Assembly (NCBI GenBank): GCA_010405405.1
Contig: MU004234.1
Coordinates: 1,329,275-1,393,274 of the forward strand
Direction: 5' to 3'
From: Microthyrium microscopicum
Taxonomy: Eukaryota
Length of the DNA stretch: 64,000 nucleotides
This document shows positions 25,162 through 36,500 of the stretch, piece by piece (the stretch's first letter is position 1; every line of letters begins with the position of its first letter). Position numbers and translations under genes: made by a program. A model generated the notes under the pieces. The model did no database searches. It was not told the DNA's origin and was given only the letters and a program-made list of their open reading frames with translations.

Positions 25162-25669
25162 TTGATTCTCAACAAGCTGGACACTGACACAGAGACTGGC
25201 ATAGAGTCAGAAGGTAAAGGAGGATTGTGCGACGTTGGAAAAATCATTACACACAAGATGATTAATGGGGCACAGTATTATACACCCAGATTCATAATGT
25301 GGTTGCGCGACACTCTCCCCCCTAGAAGTAAGATTCGACAGGTCTCCACCAATCAGACGCAAAACGGCCCATGAAATCTGGTTATTGGAACGCTAAATCG
25401 ATGGTACTAACCATCAACCGCCGTAATTGTAGGCTGTTCTAGCTATGATTGGGTGGAGACTGTAAAGACGAACATTTGGGGGGGAGAGGGTCGCGCAACC
25501 ACATTATGAATCTAGGTGTAGGATCAAGTGGGAAGGATATTCTGGGTCAGCGAACACTTGGGAACCTATTGAAAATCTTGACACGTGCCCGCACCTGGTA
25601 GAAGAATATCATAGGAAAATCGAATGCCGCCGGAAAGCCAAGAGGAGGAGAAGAAGAGTAAGAAGATGA
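25162..25669 (+). CDS. Chromodomain-encoding gene end (5' end uncertain; may be a pseudogene)
   Basis: 25517-25669 reads CRIKWEGYSGSANTWEPIENLDTCPHLVEEYHRK...RRRRRVRR*. The N-terminal half GLCDVGKIITHKMINGAQ lies in ORF 25162 and can be joined by a putative GT-AG intron at 25275-25515. Confidence 0.65.
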
Positions 25670-26287
25670 AATGGCTGACTAGGTTCCACAGTATCGGCTT
25701 ATATATAAGATCCCTTTCAAGTTGCGACAATAGCAATGTGAAGTGATAAGCTATGCTATAAGTCGAGACTTTCCGATATTGAGAGAAACTTTTTCTACAT
25801 ACACTGACTCTTGTTGGGTACTGCAAAGCCATGTGCCATCTTGCATCAATCTTGCGGGTTTCGTGACCACACTCTCTTCGCCGGCCAAAACTGAAAACTT
25901 ACTGCTACGTCGAGAAACGGTCAGTACAAGGAGACTGAATTACCCTGCTCCTCACCATATTAACCAAAAGGCGAAACAACTAGCCTTTCTCTGCTAGTCT
26001 ACTGGGCAATATGGTTTGAACAAAAGTATCTCATATCGTCTTAATTAGCTATAGCCACTAACTTAAGTTACTGATATGCTACTACTACTACCACGGCCTT
26101 CTATACTAACTCAGGAATTTTTCAAAATAAGGGGCCAATTCTGCTGCATAAATCTAACCAGCAAATCGGCATTTCGAAAACAAAACCTCGTATCAGTGAT
26201 CAGAAACTATCAACTTGCTCAAAATGAACGTGATATGCACAATTTCAATCGATAGAAAAGATTTCAGACAAGAGCGTCTCCGTGCCT

Positions 26288-27641
26288 TCAAAGGTTACGA
26301 TGCACAATCGGACAATTATTTACAATGCCAGCATCGCTCAATGGAGTCCCATCCGGGTTCGTCACGTAGCCAGCGGCGGCCATTCCCAAAACTTCGAACT
26401 CCCCGGTCATTCTTGTTCTAATACCGTTAGCAATAGAGTAGTTAGTCCATGTGAACAGCTCAAAGTTCCATAGTGGGGAGTAGTCGTAAGCTACAGTAGG
26501 AATTGCTCCTAAAATGTTCAACGGGTCACCTAAAAATGATAGTTAGTGCCCTAGTGATTCATGATAGCTAATGACGTAGAAAAGATGCAATCGCTAACTG
26601 ACCATCTCCAAGGATATGAGAATTTAATCCCTGTCTCCATGGGTGATGTGTTTCATTATTGGGTGCTCCCGGCGGGAGATCAGCATTGGTGTAACCGTTG
26701 GTATTAACGAAAAACCTTTCAATACCAGAGAATAAGGCGTCGTCGTCCCCAGTTTTGACAACGCTAAGTCTTTTGGCATAGTTACCGCCGTCGAGGGTTG
26801 CTGGTAAAGGGTCCGAGCCATCTGCGATCAAGTATAAGACAGACTTGCCAAATGAGAAGCCTTCAATGAGCTTCATGGTAACAGTAGTAGTTCGTGGACA
26901 TATTGCCAGTACTTGGTCGTGGACTTTGCTGTAGAAATCTTCCGACATGCCTTCTGGTATACCATCACAGAATTGATTGAGATATGTATCGTTAACATTT
27001 CCAGCGATGATAGGTGCATTCCACACTTCATAGCCAGCGTTTTTCAACTGGACAAGAGGCGTATAGTTGTCATCACCAACCGAACCTGGCTGCACAAATG
27101 CTGGAGGAAATGGAGTAGATGCCCCTGGAACAATTTTACGAACCGGGGAGAAATCAACCATTCCTACCCGGCCGTAAATGTTATTGTTGACTATAGCCAG
27201 TTGTTCGGCGCCAGTCAAACCATCTCCATCTACTCCCTGTGCAGCGAAGCGCAGTTTCGGGGCAAAGTTGATAGCAAGTTGTCTAGCATTCCCTTCATCG
27301 CTCGAGTCCGTCACAATAAACCAGTACGTGGCATTGGTGGACGACTGACTGGTATATAGCGGCATAGTGATATTGCTGACGACACCAAAGCTGACAGTTC
27401 CGCTGCGCAAGAGGTCGACAGGTCCAACGAGAGCATGGTCTTCGTACGATGCCATCGGACCTTGGTACCCCGCCGTGATTGCAGTGCCAAAAGCACCGTT
27501 TTCGATATCAATAGTTGGGTCGTCCAATCCAGAAAGTGAGTCAGGATTGAACGCATTGTTTTGGCGACGGCGATTTGGGATCCGTGCTCCTATTGCCAAA
27601 GGTGCAAAGAATGCTATGACAACAAGTCGAGAAAACTTCAT
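26288..27641 (-). CDS. Secreted protein of a bacterial-like uncharacterised family (possibly DUF7482-like), 2 exons
   Basis: Signal peptide MKFSRLVVIAFFAPLAIG. Motifs VDFSPVR, PGSVGDDNYTPLV, RQGLNS, DYSPLW and NCPIV. Intron 26530-26602. Confidence 0.75.
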
Positions 27642-29813
27642 GATGTTTGGAGGCAGATTGAGTTGAAGGCTTTGTAAAAGTTGAAGGAGGTGAACTTGGA
27701 GAATTTGCAGGGACAAAATTAGCAACTTGTCTTGAAAAGTTGAGCTACAGAATGACTGATTAGAAATTAATGAGAGGATTGACGGAGTCTTTATATTCTC
27801 CAAGGTAGCCTGAGAGGCTGACCCTAATCAACAACACCTTCTCATTAAGAGAAGAGTATCTTAAAAACAAAGTCTTTAGATGTCCGGTTGAACCGGCCAG
27901 ATTAGACGGGTGGATAAGACGGGCCAAAATGGGGAGATAAATTTCCTGAGGCATTGAACTAATCACGAAATTGCGTACTTAGAAGCTGCGGTCACTCCTT
28001 TGCATCATGACATATCTTCTGGATGTAAATGACGAAATATGTAAGAACTGATTTGGAATTGGTGCATTAGAAGGTTTTACTGCATGATAACTTGATTTCG
28101 TCAGGATGGAAACTTAGCAGGCCTTTCGTGGCTTGCGTTAGTACGGTACCGCCTAGTAGGCATACTTTCATTTCATGTGATATGTTAGATGTCCTGGTAT
28201 GTAGTGTAGTTAACCGTATTATACGGCGTAGAAGAAATTGATGCTCTCTTTTAACTTAACTTATGCCCTGGTCTGACTAAGCATTATCCTGCTGTCTAGT
28301 CTCGAGGAGTTTTGAAGCACTGCGCTAAGCCTAAATAAACAAGCGCTGCTGAGGTTTTCCGGCTTCAAAAGAACATCTGTAACTTCTATGTCTCTACTTA
28401 CTGTAGTATAGCCTAACATTATAGTCCTTAACGCGTGCCTCCTTTTGTAAACATAGCATAATTTGGATTGCTTTGAAATAAATATTGATTCCTAATCCGC
28501 AGGCCGAGACTTCTGGCTAGCTTGATTCCAAATCTCACTTACCCGTGTATGACTAGAGCTTCTAATGGATTCATTTGAAATGGATTTGACTTTTTTAAGA
28601 CTAGTTCGAGACCATTTCTTCATACTATGTGCAGGATCTCATCGTGCAAGAGCAACATCCCAAAACAACAGCCAACATATTCTCCTTTGCAGCACCCTAT
28701 GGCCCTGACAGTTCCTCCCTCTTATCATACACTAGTATAGCCGTCTGGGATGCAGCGCAGTTCCCATCTTTTCATGCCTTGAGAATGTTGCCATGTTGGA
28801 ATGCGTCGCGCTTGTCAGTAGAAGCCATACACTAACAAGTTGCTAACTATGGAAAACGTCGCAATTCAGCCGCCTAAAACGCTCAGCCAATAATCTCGCT
28901 TATATTTTAGCTTTAAGTAGTGTCTTAACGTCTTATTGCAGATTTGCCAGCATGTTGGCATCGTTCATATCTGTTATGGGCTTGTTAGTCGAAGAGGAGA
29001 TGGGATGTAGTTGAGAAGTTTTGGCGCTAAACCCAATCCATATTTGTGGCAAGCCGTGCCTTCTCTACCTGACTTCCGCAGCGTTCGCTTTTATGGCTCA
29101 GCAGAATTCACACGAGTTCGTCGCCATCAATATTCCAGCGTGTGCAGGTGGCTTTGGGTTTAGCCACTTTCGTTGTTGTCTATCGCTCCTGGGGTCTGGG
29201 ACATTCGATGAATGATGACTGTGCCTCTGGAATCTGGATTGGGCAGGTCTCAACCAACGACCATCTCGGGCATCAGATGAGCTTGCTTGAAAGACGCAGG
29301 ATCTTGGCCAGGGTAGTGTCTGATGTAAAGGATAACAGGAGTCGCGGCGCTCCCGTCAGATGGTATGCTTTCCTCTTCGCTGGATTTGCCCTGTGTGGCC
29401 GTAGGGGGTTTCATTGCCCGCTACCAACGCGTGAGCCTTTGTCAATATACCGATGAGATGTGGGAATTGCAACTACGACCTCGTCGTATCTTGTTAAAGC
29501 AGTCTCCTTCAGGTTTGCATATGCTGCTGGGCCCTTGAATCCAGCTCGCGATTGAAGAGGTACTGCCCGGCGCTACGCCTTCCAAAATCCATCCACATAT
29601 TGGATCTGCCAGGGTGCAGAACGTGTGCATCTATTTGTATACAAATACGGTCATATCACTCCAGCGGTGAGTCTACTCAACTCCTTTCTGTTCATCTGTC
29701 CAGTTCAATCCTTATTCTTAAACTGATTTCAATTTCACTTATCTCCTTGCATCCATACCTCAGAAGGATGGTCGTGTCAATTAAGCATAAAGGCTACAAG
29801 GCCAGGATCACTG

Positions 29814-31150
29814 TTGTCAAGCAATTTCTACTCAATTTTGGGCTTTAGGTATGATCCGATATTACCGAATAGGCAAAGGTTTGGACTCTGGTTGGAACAC
29901 CTGCAGGCGGTCAACATCTCAAGTGTCGCGTACATTGACGAATACAAATACCCCTTCAACAGCTTTTTGTATACAGTGGAACTAGCAAAGTCAACATATT
30001 CCTTCTCCTTTCCGGGCACACAGCCTGGAACGAACAAAGCTCCTGATCAAGGAGTATCTGTTTTCATTCTCAGGCTCAGCAATTTCGCGGTGCATAAGAG
30101 AAGGACCAACCGCGTGTAAAGCAGCGTGGCGATGCAACACCTCGTTTGCCCATCCATGCCACAACATGGGGCTGAGCCACTGGTACCTGCTGTTTACGCC
30201 TGGGCGCCGGGAATCACCACTGGTGTTCATGACGAGAGGTGCTTTGGATGGACACATCCTGAGATGACGAGCGGCGTGGACTTGGATATCGAATGATCAG
30301 CTCTGCAGCATGAGCAGAAGGTTCTAGTTCTGGAGCAGATCGTGTCTATTCTTGCGGAGGTACAGGCAGCAAGACTGCCAAAGGGCGTCACGAATTTTGG
30401 AGGACTTACTTTCAATGCAAGTGGCAATCTCATAAGTTGAAAGGCATCTCTGCTCAAAGGGCCACCCCAGGACACATATGCCGCATGGAAGGTGAGCGAG
30501 CTACGAGAAAGATTCAGACAAGCCGCTCAGAGCGCCGTCATTCATGGCTAGAAGCGCAACGGTGGCCCAGAAAAAGTTCTCATACGTGGTGATTTGCACC
30601 AACTAGGTCTGATACACAGAGACTTCAGTATTCATACACTCGTAACGTATCAGCAAGCAACTGACCACCAGTAGCGACGAATAACATGCTCTCTGACAAA
30701 GCAACTGGAAAGATTACAGCAATACTGGACTTCGTCTATTCTTACGTTTATCATCGTTTTAACGAGTTCGTGTTCTACTTTCTGATCTGAGCTGCAACAT
30801 TGCTGACGCCGAAATGTTCACTGCAGCCGTACTCTGTGGCGTTATCCTCACACCACCTTCCAATATAGGCAAGGAGTTGGCCAAGTCATGGAACTTCGCA
30901 ATGAAGCAGAGTGGCGTAGTCTCTCCAAGCGACATGAAGGGCGTGGATCAAATCCTCGAGCTAACTTGCCTACAAAAGTTTTAGTGCCCAACTCCGCTCT
31001 GAATAGTCTATTGAGTATATGGAAGATGAGAAAAAGGCTGAATTACTTGCAAATGTGGAGAATGATCTTGTGCAATGGCCTGAGAAGCACGAATTTTGAT
31101 ACGCCTTTGGAACAAAGCCCGAGGCTTGGTTTGCGCTGTATTTACTAGTA
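29814..31150 (+). pseudogene. Aminoglycoside-phosphotransferase/kinase-like family pseudogene
   Basis: One frame reads PFNSFLYTVEL..QPGT..LRLSN..TNRV*..LVPAVYAWAP..SGVDLD..*..FGGLTF..* with several stops. Degenerate Brenner motif VLIRGDL at about 30577-30597. The 3' boundary is approximate. Confidence 0.7.
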
Positions 31151-31631
31151 CAGATCATATCGTTAAATTAGGCGCTGAGACACAATTTCATGTTCTTAAT
31201 CTTTACGGACTTGATCTAGGACGTATTCGTGAGGTTCAAAATCTAAAGTGATGATATAAAATCTTCCCACCACCGCGAACGCTGCACTTGACATCTTGCT
31301 CGACACCTTGCTCGACACCATGCTGAAGCTCTAAGATACCTTGGCTAATAACTCGAACAAAATGCATCCGCCAGGGTGAAAGTCTTTGCTTGCAATGCTG
31401 CAAGAATCTACCTTCATTGTGTGATTTGGAACCAATTGAAATTTAGCTCTATGACGCTCACAACACGTATGCGACATCGGATGCATGTCAATGGTTCTCG
31501 TATCAGATCTACTCAGCATCGTGCCATCCTTCAACCTTAGTACTCTTGAAAAATATAACCTCTCAAAATTGGTAAACAGTCCCTAAACAAAGCATCTCCA
31601 TCCATGCCCAACTAACCCTTCCCAGTCCACC

Positions 31632-32474
31632 ATGCCCACCCAGCGCGCCCCACCGTCCCTCGCCGTCACCGACTTGTCATTCAAATTTCCCGATGGATCC
31701 GCCGGCCTGACAGATCTCAACCTCAACCTACCCCCAAGCAGCCGCACCCTCCTAATCGGCGCCAATGGAGCCGGCAAAACCACACTCCTTCGCCTGCTGG
31801 CGGGCAAACGCATGGCTCCGCGCAACACCATCCGCATCGCCAATGTTGACCCTTTTGCCGAAGGTCTCGAAGGCGTTACATATCTCGGTCTTGAATGGGT
31901 CCTCAATCCCATAGTGCGCTCCGACATTTCTGTGCCCGTCCTCCTCGCTTCAATCGGCGGTGACGCATACCCTGAGAGGCGCGATGAGCTGGTCAAAGTT
32001 CTCGATATTGATCTGAGGTGGAGACTACATGCGGTGAGCGATGGGGAGAGAAGACGGGTGCAGCTAGCGATGGGGTTGGTACGGCCGTGGACTGTGTTGC
32101 TGTTGGATGAGATTACAGTTGACTTGGATCTTTTAAGCCGGGCCAACTTTTTGGCATTTTTGAGGAAGGAGACGGAGAGGAGAGAGTGTACGATTGTGTA
32201 TGCGACGCATATCTTGGATAATTTGGCGGGTTGGCCGAGCCATTTGGTGCATATGAGTCAAGGACGGGTGAAGCAGTGGGGAAGTATGGAGTCGTTTGAG
32301 AAGGAGGCCGAGAGTGGGCCGAATACAGGCAATAGTTTGCTGGGTGAGTTGGTGTTGAAGTGGTTGCAAGAAGATTTGGATGAACGTGGGCCGAGAAATC
32401 CAGGCACTGAGGGCACGGCGTACTTGTCTTCAGGATTTGGTGGTTATGGATCGGAGAAAAAGGTTGAGGAATGA
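31632..32474 (+). CDS. CAF16: Soluble ABC ATPase, CCR4-NOT-associated factor 16
   Basis: Walker A GANGAGKTT, signature variant VSDGERRRVQL, LLLDEITVDLD and YATHI; no transmembrane domain. Confidence 0.9.
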   Translation: MPTQRAPPSLAVTDLSFKFPDGSAGLTDLNLNLPPSSRTLLIGANGAGKTTLLRLLAGKRMAPRNTIRIANVDPFAEGLEGVTYLGLEWVLNPIVRSDISVPVLLASIGGDAYPERRDELVKVLDIDLRWRLHAVSDGERRRVQLAMGLVRPWTVLLLDEITVDLDLLSRANFLAFLRKETERRECTIVYATHILDNLAGWPSHLVHMSQGRVKQWGSMESFEKEAESGPNTGNSLLGELVLKWLQEDLDERGPRNPGTEGTAYLSSGFGGYGSEKKVEE

Positions 32475-32895
32475 GCATGAGCATTGTCTCTGATGCAGTG
32501 GCATTGGCGTTTTGGCATGGTTTACAACTATGATACCCTTCAACAAGCATGGATCTAGGCGTACAAGTTTTAACATTACATTTAACACCGACTGGCTTCT
32601 AAACTAGCCACAATATAATTGGTATCATTGACAAGGGTCTCTATCTGGTTTTGAAATCGACTAGGTCAGATTCAAGAGGACCAGCAGTGGACGACCAAGT
32701 CTTGAGTGAGCCTGTGTTTGGGTCTCTTCTTTGAATATGTGGAAAGACCTGTACAATTACAAGGCATATCAGTCTTCGTGCCAGCTCCAATGTGCATCAT
32801 TCAAGAGATGCAAATCTTCCATGCACTCTCAGTCTCTCTTATTGCCAGCATTAAGCATTAGATCATTACGCATCAATGGCAGATACAGCAATCTA

Positions 32896-33949
32896 TCATT
32901 TTTCAGGTATAGGTGCAGTAAAGATTTCATCCTTCACGTCTGCGGCTATGGCTCCAGCTTGTTGGTGGACGTCTAAACGCCTACTCGCTCGCGTAATTTT
33001 GACCATATCCTTGTCACTTGGGTCTTTGGAGATAGGTCCAGGCACACCCGCACTCATGCTCTTTGGCTCGCGTTGTTGAGTGACAGCCTCAGTGATCTTG
33101 GCAGCAATGTCCTTGATCTGCTTCGTAGTATAGTCGCGATTCGAGAGCAGAGGGTTTTGTGATAATGTGCTAACCCAGTATTTGTTCCAAAGTCGTGAAA
33201 GAACTTCGGTGTCCAGTGTTGATTTGAAGTACGAGACGTCGAGGCTGTAGTATCGATTGTAGTGCATACCGAAATCCTTTGCCTTCTCTTGAGGAATCAT
33301 TTGATCGCTATCCACAGCTTCTGGCTTATAGTTCTCTGGATAGGTTCGAAACGCGCCGATCTCGACTTTGCCTTGACTCATTGTTCGCTCTGGATCGATG
33401 ACTACAGCTAGGAAGGGATCATCAAAGTTCTGCCAGTTTGCTTGAGTTGCCACATCTATGCCACTGAGCCAGCATCCATAGCCGGGATGTGAGTGATACC
33501 AGCCTAGTGGATTCTCGGGCCGGCCGCTATCTCGTAGTAACTCCAGGTAGTTCACAATGAACTCGTTTGCTTCGTCCTGGGCATTGACGCGAGTTTCTGT
33601 ACCCTCGACAGGAAGTCGTACTGCATCGGTGACGACGAAGGTGTCGCCGTGAAGAGCCCCCAGCATCAGACCCATGACTTCGATTGTGCCGCCAGAACGT
33701 GCGTGTGTGACCATCTTGAGTAGTGCGCTGGATGAAATGCGTACATTTTTGAAGTAGTTTGGGTCTGTCTTCCAGACTTTGGAGGATTTGAAAGCTTTTT
33801 GGTTAGCTTCATCGAAGTTGTAGAGGGCATCGCGGGTTGGGTCGACTAGTTCTTTGATTCCGTTGGCGGCCTCTGTAAATAAGTACGTTAGTTTGATACT
33901 TGGAAACACAATGGCAATTCTTACCCCACTTGGCCCACTCAGAATCCAT
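32896..33949 (-). CDS. CSN5: COP9 signalosome subunit 5 (JAMM deneddylase), 2 exons (33949-33925, 33872-32896)
   Basis: EVMGLM, LPVEGTETRVNAQ, JAMM motif GWYHSHPGYGCWLSGIDV, GKVEIGAFRTYP and LWNKYWV. Confidence 0.96.
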
Positions 33950-34200
33950 ACTGGGCAGATCGATACAGCTTGTTGCGGGTAAGATTAAGGCGAGAGAAGA
34001 TGATAGCTTGGTGTGATTGGGATTGGATATAGGTGTAGTTCGAGGAACTTTGGTGAGATTTGTTGTTGAAAGTTGAAGGTGAACATTTGAAGTCACTGAA
34101 GTGGAAGGGGAGCCTTTGGGGAGCTTCGATGGAGCTAGCCTGTAGCAGCTTAGCGTATATCCCACGCTTTTGATGCTGTACTAATCCTTGTCGCTCCTTC

Positions 34201-34352
34201 TGTTGTAAGAATATAAGAAATAAAGCGTAGTTAATTACTATGAGAGTCTAAGGGCCTAATATAGTTTTTAGAATATGCTAATTAGGAAATTATGTTATTC
34301 TTAATTAGGTCCTATAATTATCTAATTCCTTAGTATATTCTTTATTATAATA
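34201..34352. repeat. Outer element left LTR (3' LTR in element orientation)
   Basis: Begins TGTTGTAAGAA and aligns without gaps to 51240-51391, differing by C/T and G/A transitions. Confidence 0.95.
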
Positions 34353-34996
34353 TCTTTCCTTACTAGCGTAAACTTCCTTAAGATTATAAATCCTATAGCT
34401 ATAGCTTTAATAAATAAGTAAAATAAAAAGAATATTATAATAACTAATAAAGAACCTTTACTTAAGAACTAGGTCTATTACCCTAACTATACTAAATAGT
34501 AACTTTTAAGATATTATTTCCTAAGAACTCTCTCTAAGATCTTAATTAAACTATTATAAATAATACTTAGGTATTTATAGCTTTTTAATCCTTTTAAAAA
34601 GGTTTATTTATATAAGAGCTATTAGTAGTAGTATATTAAGGAATTATAAAAGATTTATATAAATATACTAAGGCTACTTAATCTAATAAGGAATATATAT
34701 AACTTACATATTAAGACCTTAAAAAATAAAGTTTATAAAAAGTAATATATAGGTAATAATAAAGAACTAAGTAGTAATTACTAGTTTAAGTAAATATAGA
34801 AATAAGAGCCTAATCCTATATCTATAAAGCTTTATAATTTATTATCTTCTCTTCTTCTTCTTTATTATACTTTTATAATATTTTTAAGCTAGTAGAAGTA
34901 AATTCTTTCTTATACTTCTAATATTATTAAATATAAGTAACTTTATATATTCTCTTTACTTAAAACTTATTATTTATACTTCTTAAAGCTCTTAAA

Positions 34997-36500
34997 ATAG
35001 CTCCTTTAAGTACTCTAAAGAAGAATAGCTCTTAGAAGTCTAATAAAAGAAATTCTTCTCGTTTAGGTACTTATTAAAAAATTATTAACGTTTTAAAGGA
35101 GAATAAGTAAGAGTAGCCCTTACTTTATATAATCTATTTATATAAGAAGGTTAAGACTAAGGTTCTATTCCCTTTACTAAGTCGTAAAGAAACTCTTAAG
35201 GAATTAGTTTATAATTTAGTTAAGCGTTACTCTTATTCTATAAGTTTCTAGCTAATTAACTAAATCTTAGAGGCTAATAAGAAGAAGGAAGATTTCTTTA
35301 GTAATACTATTAATAACGTCTTTTATTTTTGCTATAAGTTTTTAATACCTTTTATAATATTAAGAATATCTTATTAAATAGTTTCTATTAATAATACTTC
35401 TATTTAAGAATTAACGCGTATAATAAGAAGTCTAGACTTATTAGAAAGTAATTATAAAGCTAAGTATAAAACTTCTATACTCTTTAACTTATTATAAGTA
35501 TACTTATTCTATACTAAGACTCTTATAATAGTCTTAATTTATAAATATAAGGCTACTAAAAAAGAGTTAGTAAACTTAATAAAGTATAAGAAATTTATAA
35601 AGTAAGAGGTAAAAGGTTATATAAGTTAACTAGCCTTTATTAATAAAAGCCTAAAAGAGACTTATAAGCTTATTAAAACTACTAAAGCTATATATAATAA
35701 ATATAAGTAGAAGATAAAGTAGGCTAAACTCTAAAAGTATAAATATAAAATAAGCTTAATAGTAATTCTTAAAAAGTTATCTATTATATATAGTTATATA
35801 AATATAATAGAATTAGCTACTAAGAAGAGTATAAATTATTAAGAAAAGTAAGTTAAGTTCCTAAACTTTAACTAGTATCTTATTTTTAAGGATATTAAAC
35901 TCTTAAAGAAGAAAGTAACTTAAGAATTACTCTTCTAGTTCTTAAAGTATTACTAAAAAAATAATAGTATTTTAATAAAGGTTACTAATATTTTAGTACT
36001 TATACCTTAGTAAAGAATTTATTAATATTTAAGTATTTTACTCTTAACTAGAAATATCTTATTATTATTTTCTTATTTAAAGACTTCTATAATATATATA
36101 ATTATAAAAGGAAAGTAAGAAAAGGCTTATAAGTATTGCTAAGACTTATTATAAATTTATACTTATAATAGGTATATTATTAGTATATATAAAGAGAATA
36201 AAGCTCTTTTCCTAGATAGTGCTTATATTAACTATATATTTAATAGTAAGCCTTAAACTTATTTATTTTATAAAGACTATATCTTACTATAGAGTTAGAA
36301 GAAAGATCTAAATTTTATTATTATTTAGTTATCTACTTCTCTTAATATTCTTAAGTTACTAATTAATAAGAAGTACTTTAGAATAGCTAAAATTACTATA
36401 AGATTAGTAGTTTAGGCAAAGCTTATAAAGAATAAGAAGAAGAAGTAAGTATAGGCCTTAAAGAGATAGAACTCTATAGAATTATAATAAAATATATAGT
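34997..36500 (+). pseudogene. RIP-destroyed antisense extra ORF inside the outer element (coiled coil plus Cys-rich, DUF3716-like region)
   Basis: A single codon-like frame runs from ATA(ATG)-GCT-CCT at 34997. The stops read are TAA/TAG, explicable by RIP. De-RIP reading gives CxxC at 36128-36139 and GACxNC...CSF at 36218-36268. Confidence 0.55.

Noticed and set aside
20351..31150. Starship or DNA-transposon boundary around the accessory island
   Set aside because: No tyrosine recombinase, transposase, TIRs or flanking direct repeats were found by eye.
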